A DNA stretch of 64,000 bases. Origin: Balanoglossus misakiensis. Taxonomy: Eukaryota; Animalia; Hemichordata. A model generated the notes under the pieces. It saw only the letters and a list, made by a program, of their open reading frames with translations. It ran no database searches and was not told the DNA's origin. This document shows, piece by piece, positions 12,832 to 25,645 of the stretch (position 1 is the stretch's first letter; each line of letters begins with the position of its first letter). A program made the position numbers and the translations under genes. The DNA lies in assembly GCA_040954595.2 (NCBI GenBank), contig CM082578.2, positions 2,338,831 to 2,402,830 on the forward strand. The letters are read 5' to 3'.

Positions 12832-13768
12832 AAACACTGCTTGAATTTCTACAATTATTAAGCAAACGGAAGCTTCACTAACACATAGGCGTACACACGG
12901 AGCACGCGGCACGATAATTGTGTGCGTGGCCAGCTGATTGACCGACCCTATCTTATAATTTATATGGGAGAGAGCGGTTTTGTCTTGTTATATCCTACAA
13001 AAAGTGACCATATTAAAGTGGAGAAATAATGACCTGATAATTTGTGTGGCCGATCGACCGTCCCTATCTAAGGCCTATTGGTATGTTATGCAAGACACAC
13101 TATTCGTAATAACGCCTGTCCGACAGTCCGAGACTGGTTGTTTTTCCATCAGACTGATAGTAAAAAAGTTACCAGTCCGGCGGACAGGTTGAATTTAGCG
13201 TGGAGTTGACTTGTTCGCGGTATCATAGACGTACGTGACCCCATCGTGACCCTGGCTGTCCGGGATAGCACCACCAACGATATCTTTTAGACCATCCTCT
13301 GTTTATTAGGCCCCTATTGCAATTAATTACCGTCCCTATCTTATATTGGAGGGAACGGGTTTGTCTTATGCAAAACACTTGAAAGATGAATTTAAAAAAA
13401 AAAAAATGACGTTTATGACATACAGATGTAACCGACCCCATAAGGTCCCAATGGTATATATTTACATCATACACCAAATTGGACTTAAAAACCAAAAATT
13501 GAAAGCCGCTGGAGTTTCTGCGACTATGAACTCAACGTAAGCTGGACACTACTCACTCCGAGCCCGACCTGGTAATTTGTATGTTGTCCATCGAGCGCCT
13601 ATAGCTTAGACCTATACAGGAGAGAACGGTTTATGAAGTTATGTTCAACAAAAATATATGATCATGGAATTAAAGAATTTGGAGAAAAAAAATATAATTA
13701 AAAATGGACGTTTACGACGACAAAAAGGAAGACTGTTTAATGCAAAAGTTAAGAAAAAGAAAAAATTC

Positions 13769-13888
13769 AAGCCTACGGCACGTGGTATTCCCAGGCGGTC
13801 ACCCATCCAAGTACTAACCACGCCCAACGCAGCTTAACTTCGGTGATCGGACGAGAACCGGTGTATTCGACGTGGTATGGCCGTAGGC
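13769..13888 (-). rRNA. 5S rRNA
   Basis: Identical to the copy at 627-746. Confidence 0.98.
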
Positions 13889-14826
13889 AAACACTGCTTG
13901 AATTTCTACAATTATTAAGCAAACGGAAGCTTCACTAACACATAGGCGTACACACAGAGCACGCGGCACGATAATTGTGTGCGTGGCCAGCTGATTGACC
14001 GACCCTATCTTATAATTTATATGGGAGAGAGCGGTTTTGTCTTGTTATATCCCACAAAAAGTGACCATATTAAAGTGGAGAAATAATGACCTGATAATTT
14101 GTGTGGCCGATCGACCGTCCCTATCTAAGGCCTATTGGTATGTTATGCAAGACACACTATTCGTAATAACGCCTGTCCGACAGTCCGAGACTGGTTGTTT
14201 TTCCATCAGACTGATAGTAAAAAAGTTACCAGTCCGGCGGACAGGTTGAATTTAGCGTGGAGTTGACTTGTTCGCGGTATCATAGACGTACGTGACCCCA
14301 TCGTGACCCTGGCTGTCCGGGATAGCACCACCAACGATATCTTTTAGACCATCCTCTGTTTATTAGGCCCCTATTGCAATTAATTACCGTCCCTATCTTA
14401 TATTGGAGGGAACGGGTTTGTCTTATGCAAAACACTTGAAAGATGAATTTAAAAAAAAAAAAAATGACGTTTATGACATACAGATGTAACCGACCCCATA
14501 AGGTCCCAATGGTATATATTTACATCATACACCAAATTGGACTTAAAAACCAAAAATTGAAAGCCGCTGGAGTTTCTGCGACTATGAACTCAACGTAAGC
14601 TGGACACTACTCACTCCGAGCCCGACCTGGTAATTTGTATGTTGTCCATCGAGCGCCTATAGCTTAGACCTATACAGGAGAGAACGGTTTATGAAGTTAT
14701 GTTCAACAAAAATATATGATCATGGAATTAAAGAATTTGGAGAAAAAAAATATAATTAAAAATGGACGTTTACGACGACAAAAAGGAAGACTGTTTAATG
14801 CAAAAGTTAAGAAAAAGAAAAAATTC

Positions 14827-14946
14827 AAGCCTACGGCACGTGGTATTCCCAGGCGGTCACCCATCCAAGTACTAACCACGCCCAACGCAGCTTAACTTCG
14901 GTGATCGGACGAGAACCGGTGTATTCGACGTGGTATGGCCGTAGGC
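14827..14946 (-). rRNA. 5S rRNA
   Basis: Identical to the copy at 627-746. Confidence 0.98.
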
Positions 14947-15940
14947 AAACACTGCTTGAATTTCTACAATTATTAAGCAAACGGAAGCTTCACTAACACA
15001 TAGGCGTACACACAGAGCACGCGGCACGATAATTGTGTGCGTGGCCAGCTGATTGACCGACCCTATCTTATAATTTATATGGGAGAGAGCGGTTTTGTCT
15101 TGTTATATCCCACAAAAAGTGACCATATTAAAGTGGAGAAATAATGACCTGATAATTTGTGTGGCCGATCGACCGTCCCTATCTAAGGCCTATATTGGTA
15201 TGTTATGCAAGACACACTATTCGAAATAACGCCTGTCCGACAGTCCGAGACTGGTTGTTTTTCCATCAGACTGATAGTAAAAAAGTTACCAGTCCGGCGG
15301 ACAGGTTGAATTTAGCGTGGAGTTGACTTGTTTGCGGTATCATAGACGTACGTGACCCCATCGTGACCCTGGCTGTCCGGGATAGCACCACCAACGATAT
15401 CTTTTAGACCATCCTCTGTTTATTAGGCCCCTATTGCAATTAATTACCGTCCCTATCTTATATTCGAGGGAACGGGTTTGTCTTGGCATGTTATGCAAAA
15501 CACTTGAAAGATGAATTTTTTTTTAAAAAATGACGTTTATGACATACAGATGTAACCGACCCCATAAGGTCCCAATGGTATATTAACATCATACACCAAA
15601 TTGGACTTAAAAACCAAAAATTGAAAGCCGCTGGAGTTTCTGCGACTATTTACCCAAACGAAGCTTTAGTAGAATACACGAGTTTTATCTTGGAAAAAAC
15701 AGTAAAAACTTCAAAAAATAATATGCCCACTGAAGTTCTGCTTTCGATCAGAAATTCCTTTCCATTCCGTTCAAAATCCGTGTGGTGATAAAAGCAAAAC
15801 GTGGAACATTTTTTGGATTTGGAGAAACTATTTTTTATTTCGTGTGGCTATTCCGTTCCGTTCCGTAAGCCTCACAAGAATAGAGAGGTTCGGCTACACG
15901 TTATACGCGAACGTGAACGCGCAACGTCAACGTCAATAAT

Positions 15941-16060
15941 CTTTACGGCCCTGATACGGGTTTTGCGGCCCGAGGTCGTACGGCGGAAGCGCCCGACCGC
16001 AGGGAGGGCGGGAATCGACGTACGACCGATGGCCGCAAAACCCGTATCAGGGCCGTAAAG
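15941..16060. repeat. Long palindrome, probably the end of a non-autonomous Crypton-like element
   Basis: CTTTACGGCCCTGATACGGGTTTTGCGGCC...GGCCGCAAAACCCGTATCAGGGCCGTAAAG, 30-bp perfect arms plus an inner GTCGTACG/CGTACGAC stem. Confidence 0.6.
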
Positions 16061-17287
16061 GTTTTATCATATGCCTTATTGAACCACAATCTACAAGAAA
16101 TTAATAAAAATACACATTCTGTAATTTTTGGAATGTAGAAATTACGTATTTATCTGCCGTTTTGAAATGATCAATCGCTTAGCATAGAGCCGTATTCCTC
16201 CAGCTCTTGCGGATTGATATGCATGACGTCATTAAAGCACCTTATCGACACGATCACGATGACCTTGCGATTAAATACAAAATTTACACTAATGTCACCC
16301 GTTTGCTTCAGCAAATGTTCTCAAATGTACGGCTTTCGTGTTGAAATCAATTTTCCTCGTGTGACAAAAAAAGTGTGTCGTTCCCCGGCCCCTACAGTCA
16401 CCACGTGTTAACGCCATGAAATCCAATCACCTTTTTATAATAAACAACCAATGAAATAGTGTTCCCAATATTTACGTGTTCAACTCAAACAGTAAAAAAA
16501 TCCAATCAGAGAACATTAAAAAATAAATCGCACGCGTAGCTTAAAACATGTTCAACAACAACAACAGCATTTGTTTGATTTATGTAGCTTATTTTCTTCA
16601 TTTTGAAGAATAAATTCATGGTGGCGTACGGGGTTTACGGTGGCCCTCTCATGTCAGGCCTAAAATATTATTTTGAAAGTTAAACTTTCAAAATTATAGA
16701 CAATATCTTCTCCCAAAAGTAAACTTAAGTTTTGGTGAAGGCAACTATAATTTTGACGCACACAATTTCAATTTCAGTGGAGTAAACTTTTTAATTTTGA
16801 CAGTAAAACTTTAAATTTACTTTACACAACTCTTATTTTAGAGAACAAAAGTTTAATTTCCGAAAGCCAATTTTATTTTTTCCGAGAGTAAAATTTTAAG
16901 ATTTTTTTCCAAAATAAACTTCTAACACTTGAGATAAAATATTATCTATACTACATAGAATTTTTTTTATTTTCGGAAAGAAATATTTTATTTTGTAAAA
17001 CTTTTTTTAAGTAACATTACTTTTCGCGGGTGAAAATTGTATTTTACAGATGTAAATATATTTTTATCTAATTTCTAGTTACACAACTTATGGGGGCGCT
17101 CTTTCTATTGCTACTGACAAACTTTTTCATGGGGGCGCTATTATTTTTTTCAAGTGCTACTTTGTAACTTTTTAGGGAACAGTAAAACTTTTTTTTCGAC
17201 AAGCACAAATATTTTTTTAACGGCGGCGGAAGTTGAAGTATCCCACCATGCCATGCCACAGCAACGTTTTTCTCCTAAACCTCTGCC

Positions 17288-17603
17288 ATGGCCGAAGAGT
17301 ACATCGTCGTTACGGACAAGCAGAGCGGCCAAACCGTCGAGTTGCCGCTCGAACGAGACGAAACTTTATTGTTAAGCACTGTTCAGTGCCAATTTTCTGG
17401 AGCCTGTGGTGTAAGGTACCGAACTGTCAATGTCATCGATGGATGCCTCACAATTCGTGTCCTCAGATGTGTGAATGGTGTCATTTATCCACCAAATAAT
17501 GGATGGGCCCGGGTACATGGTAATCAACTTGAGGTTGTATATGCCAATTCTCCTGCATCTAGTGGTAAAGGGGGTGATGCCAGTGCCGGTAAAGTTACTC
17601 CCG
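17288..17603 (+). CDS. Exon 1: TDP-43 N-terminal domain-like (not a full TARDBP gene)
   Basis: MAEEYIVVTDKQSGQTVELPLERDETLLLSTVQCQFSGACGVRYR...IRVLRCVNGVIYPPNNGW aligns with human TDP-43 [44 protein letters not shown]...MRGVRLVEGILHAPDAGW. Kozak-like GCCATGG start; donor CCG|GTAAGT (phase 1). Confidence 0.85.
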
Positions 17604-17815
17604 GTAAGTTGCCTGTTCTACCGTCTACGTGTGTTTCTTTATTTTGTAATCTGAGAGATTTACAAAACCTGGATTTTTCACGAATCGCTTCCAGCGTACA
17701 GCTGATGCGGATCTAGCCTAGCCCCGCATGCCCGGCCGAGACGTGTAACGCCAGAAACACAGAGCGTGTACGAAGTGATATGCAGATCAGGTCAATTTAA
17801 TAGTGCACGTCTTTA

Positions 17816-18245
17816 GGGACATTTCTTCAGCCGGGGTGGATTCTATTTTGTTGATATCAAAATGTGGCTAACCCCACCCCCCCCCCCCCTCATTGAACAT
17901 TTAAAAGTTGGTGACACCTCCCATACCAACTTTCAAAAACTTAGGGAATGAATAACAGTGACAATTTGCATTTATGCATTAATTTAAATAATTAAAATAT
18001 AACATGAATAAACAAAATATGCAAGTCATTACAATAATTGGCAGACATAGTAATCAAGAGAAGTGAAGGGGGTGGGAGGGTTGTCCCCTTCCACGTTAGA
18101 AAATCTTGTAGTATAAAGAGCTTGAAACTGAATTTTTGTGTACTCAAAAGCAATTTTAGTCCCTCATTCAGCATTTCCAAATCAAGGTGACCCCCTATAA
18201 TCCACTGCCCCCCCCCCCCCCCGACTGAAGAAACTGACCAGTCCC
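17816..18245. mobile_element. PIF/Harbinger-like MITE in the intron
   Basis: GGGAC(A)TTTCTTCAGCCGGGG...CCCCGACTGAAGAAACTGACCAGTCCC, flanked by a TTA duplication. Confidence 0.65.
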
Positions 18246-18459
18246 TTAGCCCCTGTATGATACCATTATTTTTAGGGACAGGGGGGCATGAGTGTGGGTG
18301 TGCTTCGAACGATTTGATTCAATTAGATATTTGCTTTTTAACTGCAAGCCAATAAAGCAATAAACAGTATTGATCACAGCATAGGCTTTTGGCTGCTTCT
18401 CCAAATTGTCTTACGTGTTGAAACATTTTTGTCTGTGTTTCATACACGATTTATCAATC

Positions 18460-18607
18460 TGATTAAAATCAGATGTAGGGAACGGCGACGCCTTTTAATT
18501 ACGCGGTGCGGTATTCTTATGCTCTCGCCTGGTGTGAGGCGACAGCATAAGAATATCGTGCCACGTAAGTAAAGGACGTCGCTGTTCCCTACATCTGATT
18601 TTAATCA
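18460..18607. repeat. 148-bp hairpin/palindromic mini-element in the intron
   Basis: TGATTAAAATCAGATGTAGGGAAC...GTTCCCTACATCTGATTTTAATCA with pairing continuing to the centre. Confidence 0.85.
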
Positions 18608-18735
18608 CTGAGTGATATGCTGAAGCTCTCTGACTTACTGTACTTTTTTCTATCTACTTAGATATGGAACCTATTCTTTAAACCTCAGTTTATCTCTGGT
18701 TATAACAATTTTATGTTATTATCCATATTTTTCAG

Positions 18736-20636
18736 TTTCAACATATGCAGAAAAGATGTTTGGTCGAGTAAAGTCATTCAGTGCATTCAAAGAGGAAAAG
18801 AATTCATATCGTAAATTCACACCAAATAGGAGCAGAAGAAAAGAAGTAGGAAGACAAGCCATGAAGATGATGTCCAGATCTCAATAGGTGTCATGTATTT
18901 CCATGAGAAGCTGCAACAGCTGAATCCACACTGGGGAAAACGCCTACCAATCCAGGCCATAACTAATGCAACTTATGCAACAATATTAGAGACAGGACTT
19001 CAAAAATGGAAGTCTTTCAAGAAGAATTTCATTGATGAACAACAAAACTATATACTTGTGTATGAAGATGGATCGCAAGCACTTTTCATCCCAGGATCAG
19101 AGAAGAAAGAATTTTTCATGTTATCTCGATACAAAGATGAACTTGGAGTTGACTACAAGAGAATAAAGCTGTTCCTCTGTTCCGAACGTGACTTTGATAC
19201 ATCCATGGGATATGACACTCTGTCAAACCCTGAAGAAAGTGATGGTGGTGAGGTTTCTGAGAATCATGGCTGTTTAAATGCAAGAGAGCACAATAAAGAG
19301 AGACAAAAAAAAAGTCACAAATGAAGAAGTGCATGATGTTGGAGATGACAAAACTCGTGAGAAGCATCCATGTGTAATGACCACACCCAAGGCCACTACA
19401 TCAGTGGTCAATGAAAATCCGACAGAAATCAAGAAAAGTAGGTTGGAGATTGATGATGTGTATGCCACTTTATTTTCTGATGAAAATGAAACTGTGTACA
19501 TATCAGATTCTGGTGATGATATCCAACAAGTACCTCCCGATGCAACCACCACAGTACCACTTGCAGAGATTTTGGCCAACCTTGCCGAGCAGATTGATCA
19601 CAGCAAGACATCACAGTTCAATATTTCCAGAAATCATCTTTTTGATGGTGTCAAGAGAGGCCTAAAACGCAAGTCATTCCATCCAAAAAATAAGATTTCT
19701 GTGAAATTCACAGATGATGATGGCTCATCAGAAGGAGCTGTGGATGCAGGGGGCCCTATGAGGGAGCTCTTGACATTAACCATGAACTATATAACCAATA
19801 GTGAGCTCTTTGGTGGTGAACACAACCAGAAATACTTATCATGTGTTAGTAGATGCGCTGATGAAAATGAGTATTACATGGCAGGTCAGCTAATTGCCAT
19901 GTCTCTTGTCCATGGAGGCCATGCTCCCCACTGCTTTGCAGACCATTTCTACCAAGCTATTGTACATGGATGTGACTCAATCAAGCCTACTATTGATGAT
20001 CTCCCTCAGAACAACCCAGTAAAAGCTGACCTCACTGCATTGCAAAATGCGCCCATTGATGAAGCCAACCAAGTGCTGACTGATAACTTAGAAAGTATCA
20101 CTGAGATTGCTGGTACATGGAGACTGATACGTACTGAAATTGACAAGTCAGCAGTCATTGGGTCCACAGTGAAATGGTACATGTATGGCAGAAATAGAGA
20201 AGCCTTTGATCAGTTTACTGATGGGTTGTCTTCACTTGGTGTACTTGAGGCTATGCGGCAGTACCCTACAAGCTTCCAGCCTGTCTTCTGTGAGCCTGCT
20301 CCACTAACTACTGATATGTTTTTATCTGATGTTACACGGAGTGAGGAAGGATCCAATATGTTCAACGCTGAAAGTCTTCTCCTGTCATACTGGGCAGATT
20401 TCTTGCAAGATGTCCAAGATCAAGAAATAGACAATGTGACACTGGCCGAGATAATGATGTTTACCATTGGGTGTACAGAGCTTGTCCAAGGACTAACTCC
20501 AAGAATTATGTTCCTTCATGGAAGTGAAGCTCAATCTAAATTCCCCAAAGTCAACACTTGTGCTGGTGTGCTCCACCTTCCAGTATTACACAAAACATAT
20601 GATGCATTTAAACATGCTACTCATCAACATATGTAA
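18736..20636 (+). pseudogene. Exon 2: uncharacterised middle domain plus HECT E3 ubiquitin ligase (G2E3-like); two frameshifts, C-terminally truncated
   Basis: Acceptor TTTTTCAG| at 18735 continues exon 1 in frame (VSTYAEKMFGRVKSFSAFKEEK). Shift near 18830 to ...VQISIGVMYFHEK...; shift at the A8 run near 19310. HECT motifs ISVKFTDDDGSSEGAVDAGGPMRE, YYMAGQLIAMSLVHGG, IMMFTIGC and catalytic FPKVNTC. Sequence diverges after YDAFK. Confidence 0.85.
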
Positions 20637-22348
20637 ATGAGGGAAAGTACTTCAAACCATGTAGCCGTTAGAGTGGGCCCCGCTGACGGGTCTCGAAATA
20701 GGCCATTTTTTACTCGATATTATAGAGCTGTTTTCAGGCGATGTGGATTATTTTAAGACAAAACCGTGGATTCACTCGAAGGTACATTTTGTAGGTATAC
20801 TGGATTGTTACTGAATGATTTTTTGGCAACTTCTGTCGAGTAGTTTCTTTGTAATCGCGAAATTTCTGACGACTGTGAAAAAACACATAGCGTTGACATC
20901 CTCTCGATTATTTTTAAGCTGACCGTTAAACATGGATTTTACCACGAAATTTCAAACTTTTATCAAAATATAGATATCAACCCCCTCTCTTTGAGTTTTC
21001 ATTCACTTCCAAGCTTTCATAGTGACGATATGAACAGTTCAATTTTGTTTACTTTTCAACCTGTGAGCGCCACTTCTTCTGCAAAATGGCGGGAGAAGAC
21101 AGCATGCATGTGTATGTATATACGCTGGCGCAGGCTTGATCCTGGGATTGAACCGGCTGCGACGTTTTCCTTCCTCTCTCGTGCGAAGAAATTTTGATTG
21201 CTGATATGTACTCCCGAGTTTTACTAAACCCTAACAATTATTTTGTGAAAGTTTGCCCGTCAAGTAAACTCACTTTTTTTATTGTTCTTTCAGATTGATG
21301 AAGACTGATTTTTGTGGTGGTGGTGTTGCAGTTGACTGTTTTATTTTAGCTGTCTGAGTTGACAATTTATTCTGTATTTTGTTGTATTTTTAACTCTTCA
21401 TTCTGTATTTTGTAGTAGTATTTTGAACACTGTTTAATAAATAAATTACTATTATTATTATTTATCGACCCAATGCAATGATGACAAATCGCTCGCTTTC
21501 AGACACAAATGTTGTATTTATTGCATATATCATCAGCGAATAAAGGGAAGTGGTTTCGAAGTTACACTTGGCATATTCGAAAAGTCTACTTATATCCCAC
21601 GATAAGGAGAGAAAAAATAAAAACACGCCAGCTGAGCTCCTCACACGTAGTCACGTACGGTAAACCTGGCATTCTGTGCATGGGTAATCAAATACATTTT
21701 GTATTTGTTTGTAGCCCAATGTAGGCGTACGGCGTGTGGAGCACCCGGGCGCGGCACTCGTGCGATTGATCGATGTTGTTTCGAAATCAAGCCAGTAATT
21801 AAGATAAAACTTGGCTAATATGTTACCTTAGAGTGTTATACACTATCCAGTAACTTTTACTTGACAAGTGTCTTTTAGAAACCATTTTCCCCACGATAAA
21901 CGCGTCGTTTCACGAGCAACGCAACACTTCCGTATTTACAAGCCGAACATTGAGAGGTCAACGTAGGGCCTATACTTCCGGGTCATATCGTCGAAGTACA
22001 TCGATTATTTTTAAGCTGACCGTTACACAGGCATTTCGAATTAATTTCTTTTCACGGATGTTGGGACCGATATTAGACCTATCTGTCACGAAAACTTGGT
22101 TAACTTCCGAGGTCGACTTCAAATGATTTTTGGCACGTTTGTGGACGTCTCTTCCGAGGTCACCAACATACCGCCGAAAACACGTTAAAAACTACTACTA
22201 TTACCTACAGATTCTCATAATACTTACGTCTGCAGTGTAAAATGGGAATCACTTTTGTAATTTATCGAGCTAGCATGGTATTTTATTGTATCAAGGAGTG
22301 TAAAAATCAAGTTGAAAATCACCTTGAAAACTGGCCTATTGTGTGTGT

Positions 22349-22600
22349 GTATGTATGTATGTATGTATGTATGTATGTATGTATGTATGTATGTATGTAT
22401 GTATGTATGTATGTATGTATGTATGTATGTATGTATGTATGTATGTATGTATGTATGTATGTATGTATGTATGTATGTATGTATGTATGTATGTATGTAT
22501 GTATGTATGTATGTATGTATGTATGTATGTATGTATGTATGTATGTATGTATGTATGTATGTATGTATGTATGTATGTATGTATGTATGTATGTATGTAT
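22349..22600. repeat. (TATG)n microsatellite
   Basis: About 63 perfect copies. Confidence 0.99.
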
Positions 22601-23275
22601 GCGTTCGAAATCCACAGTGTTAGGGACAAGTTATGTTTACTTGACGAAGTATAAGTTTATTTTCTAGACTCTTTATCTGGACGTATCCCATCATTTAGGA
22701 TAAAAACGCATAAGATGATTATCATGGAGTGTTACGGCCGAATTCATGGATGGTCATTTTGGAACAAGCAAGATGAAGGCTTCGTTCAAGGTACCCCACT
22801 ATCGCACCCCCCCCCCCCTTTACAGGTAATGAGTTAGACAGTGTTTCATCACCGGGCAACCAACTGTACGTTACAAAGCATGTCACATTGAGCAGATATC
22901 AGGCCGAGATTTAACATTCCTTTCCGCCAGGAATTGCTTTGGCTTATTTCGCTTGACGGACTGGCTACGTCACATCCGGCATTTAAAGATAACTTAATTC
23001 TGTATTGCGAGAAAACGTCAAAAAGTGGCACACGTTAAATAGGTTATGAAGTCTACGGAAATATGTTTTGAGTGTTAATAATTTTAATAGAATTCGTTAA
23101 TTACCCGCGAAGAAATAAATTTGCTTTGATAATTATGAAATAACCGTCTGATGTAAAAACAGACTGTTACATTTGAACAGTAAATAAATTCTCCTGACCC
23201 AGAAAACAAGAATGCTTAAATCATCAAAAAGTTGTTCAAATTTAGTAGCATTACACACACAGTAGTAGACTGTCG

Positions 23276-23480
23276 ACAGTCCCTCGCGCCTAATGTGTAT
23301 CGATTCGGCGTTTCGTGATGCGAGGGCCGTAAGGCCTGTGGGCGTGGCCCGAGGGACTGTTATAGCTTGTTTCGCCCTCACACGGCATTGTGGGGAAATT
23401 CACCTGTAATGCAACTGGTTAATATACGTCATAAACTCATTGACCAATCATATAGTTGCGTTACAGGTGAATTTCCCCAC
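23276..23480. repeat. Two adjacent palindromes (Crypton-MITE-like)
   Basis: ACAGTCCCTCG...CGAGGGACTGT and GTGGGGAAATTCACCTGTAA...TTACAGGTGAATTTCCCCAC. Confidence 0.6.
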
Positions 23481-24814
23481 ATTTCCTACGCAATCCCTAC
23501 ACATACATACGCGCCCATACACGCTGACGTTTACTCCACACACGGTACATAGAGAAATTCGGAACAAGTTTTTTAAATGTATTTATTATAAAATAATGAA
23601 GCCCTTAGACTTGGAGCAAGTCTAACCCGGTACCTGCGTCTGTGATTGAAAACATTCTCGGATGAAGTGCGCCGCGGGCGGCTGCACTGCGGGTTACTTT
23701 CTGTCGCTACTGCGCTGCATATGTGTATTCAAGCACAAGGCATGTAGGTTCGCCTAGTCTTGGTAGTTAGACTGATGATTAATTCCAAAACCTGGTAAAT
23801 GTTTATATAATTATTGTTTGTGCTCTCTTTAAAATAAGCCCCTGTACAAAATATTTTCATGGCCAATACAAAAGTTCAAGGTTTTGAGCCGTTCATTTTG
23901 AAATTCCACAACTCAGTACAAGATTAACGAACATACAAGATAAACAACAAAGAAGACGATATTGTCAAGTTTGTAAGCATTCTCAAGTTTGGGTATTGGT
24001 TTGTAATGGTAAAGGTGATTCGCACATCGACAAATATAGGTTACACGACAATTTGTGGAGTGATCGTGTTTAAATTAATGTTGTATACCAAAACACTTGT
24101 TCGAAAATTGAGGTCTACCATACTTCAAACCGGGTCTGACCGGTTTGAAGTATTGAAATAGATGTAGGGCTATAGTCTGTCGTTTAAACGCTATTTCTTT
24201 TGTGTTTGCTATCATGTATTAACGTGAAACGTGTCCTTAATTGGGTGTAACTGGCTATAAATAGTAAAGACTTCACGAATATGCCTTCGCCAAGAGCCGA
24301 TATTGATCAGTTTTTGCTCAGCGAATTCAAATACATGTATTTTTGCATGAAATAAATGGAGCCACACAAAAAGCTTGGACATTTCATCCACCGACTAGCG
24401 ACAAGTCAATGACCCAATGTCTAGAAATCGTAGCTTTGATTTGGCATCGTCTATGCAGGCGAGGTTAAAGCTATATTGGCTCCACAAATCAATTTTCTTC
24501 AACTTTGGTGAGACAGACCCTTTTCCGAGTGTGAACTTTTCACCTTAATGGTTGGGCAGAATCAGATAAAGTTCTCTAACGGTTGACTTTAGAGTCATTA
24601 ATTTAACCTCCATTCACAATCAACTAAACACTAAACGCGAACGTGCAGACTCAGCCATATTTATTCCCTCTGAATGACCCCCGTCGTACTAGTTGTATTC
24701 GGCCAACAAACAAACCGTGGCTTTATTTCCACCGTGTATCTTCCACTCAAACATCATTGTATATTGTAAATGTTCGTCTGTCAAACGGGGAAGAAGTTTA
24801 TGCAAACAAACATA

Positions 24815-25001
24815 CTGTTAAACGAGTTATTTTCGCGAGCAATAAATTTTCGCGAAATACGCGAGAGCCAACAAAACGTGAAAATAAAAAGTCGCGTTAT
24901 TTTTTTCAGAAATACCGATGCAGAGAAATACGAGAACGCGAAAATTAATCCTCGCGTAACAGTTGCCTCTTTTGATATCGTTAAAATAACCCGTTTTACA
25001 G
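24815..25001. mobile_element. Tc1/mariner-type MITE with TA TSD
   Basis: TA-CTGTTAAACGAGTTATTTT...AAAATAACCCGTTTTACAG-TA. The empty site is visible in the paralogous segment at 25625-25645. Confidence 0.8.
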
Positions 25002-25645
25002 TATTACATTAAGAGGGTTCAGACTGGACAAATTACGGCGGTGTATCACAGCGCCTGGGCAGGTGAAAAAAACGAAATTGGACACGCTGCGTCGGCCTTG
25101 GGGCGACTTAGTGTGGTCCTGGTAGGAAGGGGGGTTCGGGGCCGACGCAAATTCGCGTGTGAGGACGCCGTACGTCGGCCTAATTGACGCAGTCATGTGT
25201 TCATATGCGGTAAAGCAGCGTTTGAATACGATGGAGACACAATCTCAGTCGGTCCAAATTCATGGAACCAGTGTGGTGCGGACGCGAAGCAAATCTATTC
25301 CCTATAAGGACAATTACTTTATGATGTCGCCCTGAATTTCACTGCGATTGATTGATGTGAACAACGATGAAATGGACACCCATGTCCACGTACCAATAGA
25401 TAAAAACCGGTTCAAATTCATCCGAGACGTGAAACAGAAATCAAGAAATAATTCAGCGCTGCCCTACTTTTTTTAGAGATATATTCCCTCTGAATGATCC
25501 CCGTCGTAACATTTGTATTCGGCCATCAAACAAACCGCGGCTTTGTTTCCCCCGTGTATCTTCCACTCAAATATATCATTGTATATTGTAAATTTTCGTC
25601 TGTCAAACTGGGACAAAGTTTATGCAAACAAACATATTACATTAA

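Larger units (their letters stand above)
1..15669 (-). repeat. Tandem 5S rDNA array (long ~1057-1067 bp and short 481 bp units) with two transposon insertions
   Basis: Near-identical units; 5S starts at 627, 1108, 2174, 2655, 3721, 4788, 7483, 12712, 13769, 14827 (spacings 481/1066/481/1066/1067, then 1057/1058). Similarity ends after AAGCTTTAG at ~15669. Confidence 0.97.
16636..20620 (+). mobile_element. Truncated DNA transposon-like element with TACGGTGGCC terminus (IS3EU-like) carrying the TDP43_N-HECT gene
   Basis: TACGGTGGCCCT at 16636 is followed by ~550 bp of degenerate AT-rich subterminal repeats, then the cargo gene. No matching right TIR or transposase was found in the window. Confidence 0.45.
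20648..24153. mobile_element. Possible Helentron-like composite element
   Basis: TACTTCAAACC at 20648 recurs in the terminal hairpin ATACTTCAAACCGG-GTCTGA-CCGGTTTGAAGTAT at 24120-24153. Internal direct repeats at 20905/22001 and a long microsatellite. Confidence 0.35.

Noticed and set aside
503-14885. Repeated 60-70 aa ORFs (MGVVSTWMGDRLG..., MSCYILQK..., MACYAKH...)
   Set aside because: They are translations of 5S rRNA and spacer sequence, mostly with non-ATG starts.
15670-15935. Possible element ends at the 5S array boundary (TTCCGTTCCG, AGAGAGGTTCGGCTACACG)
   Set aside because: No partner terminus or TSD could be found, so no call was made.
17288-17716. A true TARDBP/TDP-43 gene
   Set aside because: No RRM exons follow; the next in-frame exon leads to a HECT ligase. 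The ORF-track tail after 17603 is intron read-through.
22242-22667. MYVC/YIHT repeat ORFs
   Set aside because: Translation of the (TATG)n microsatellite.
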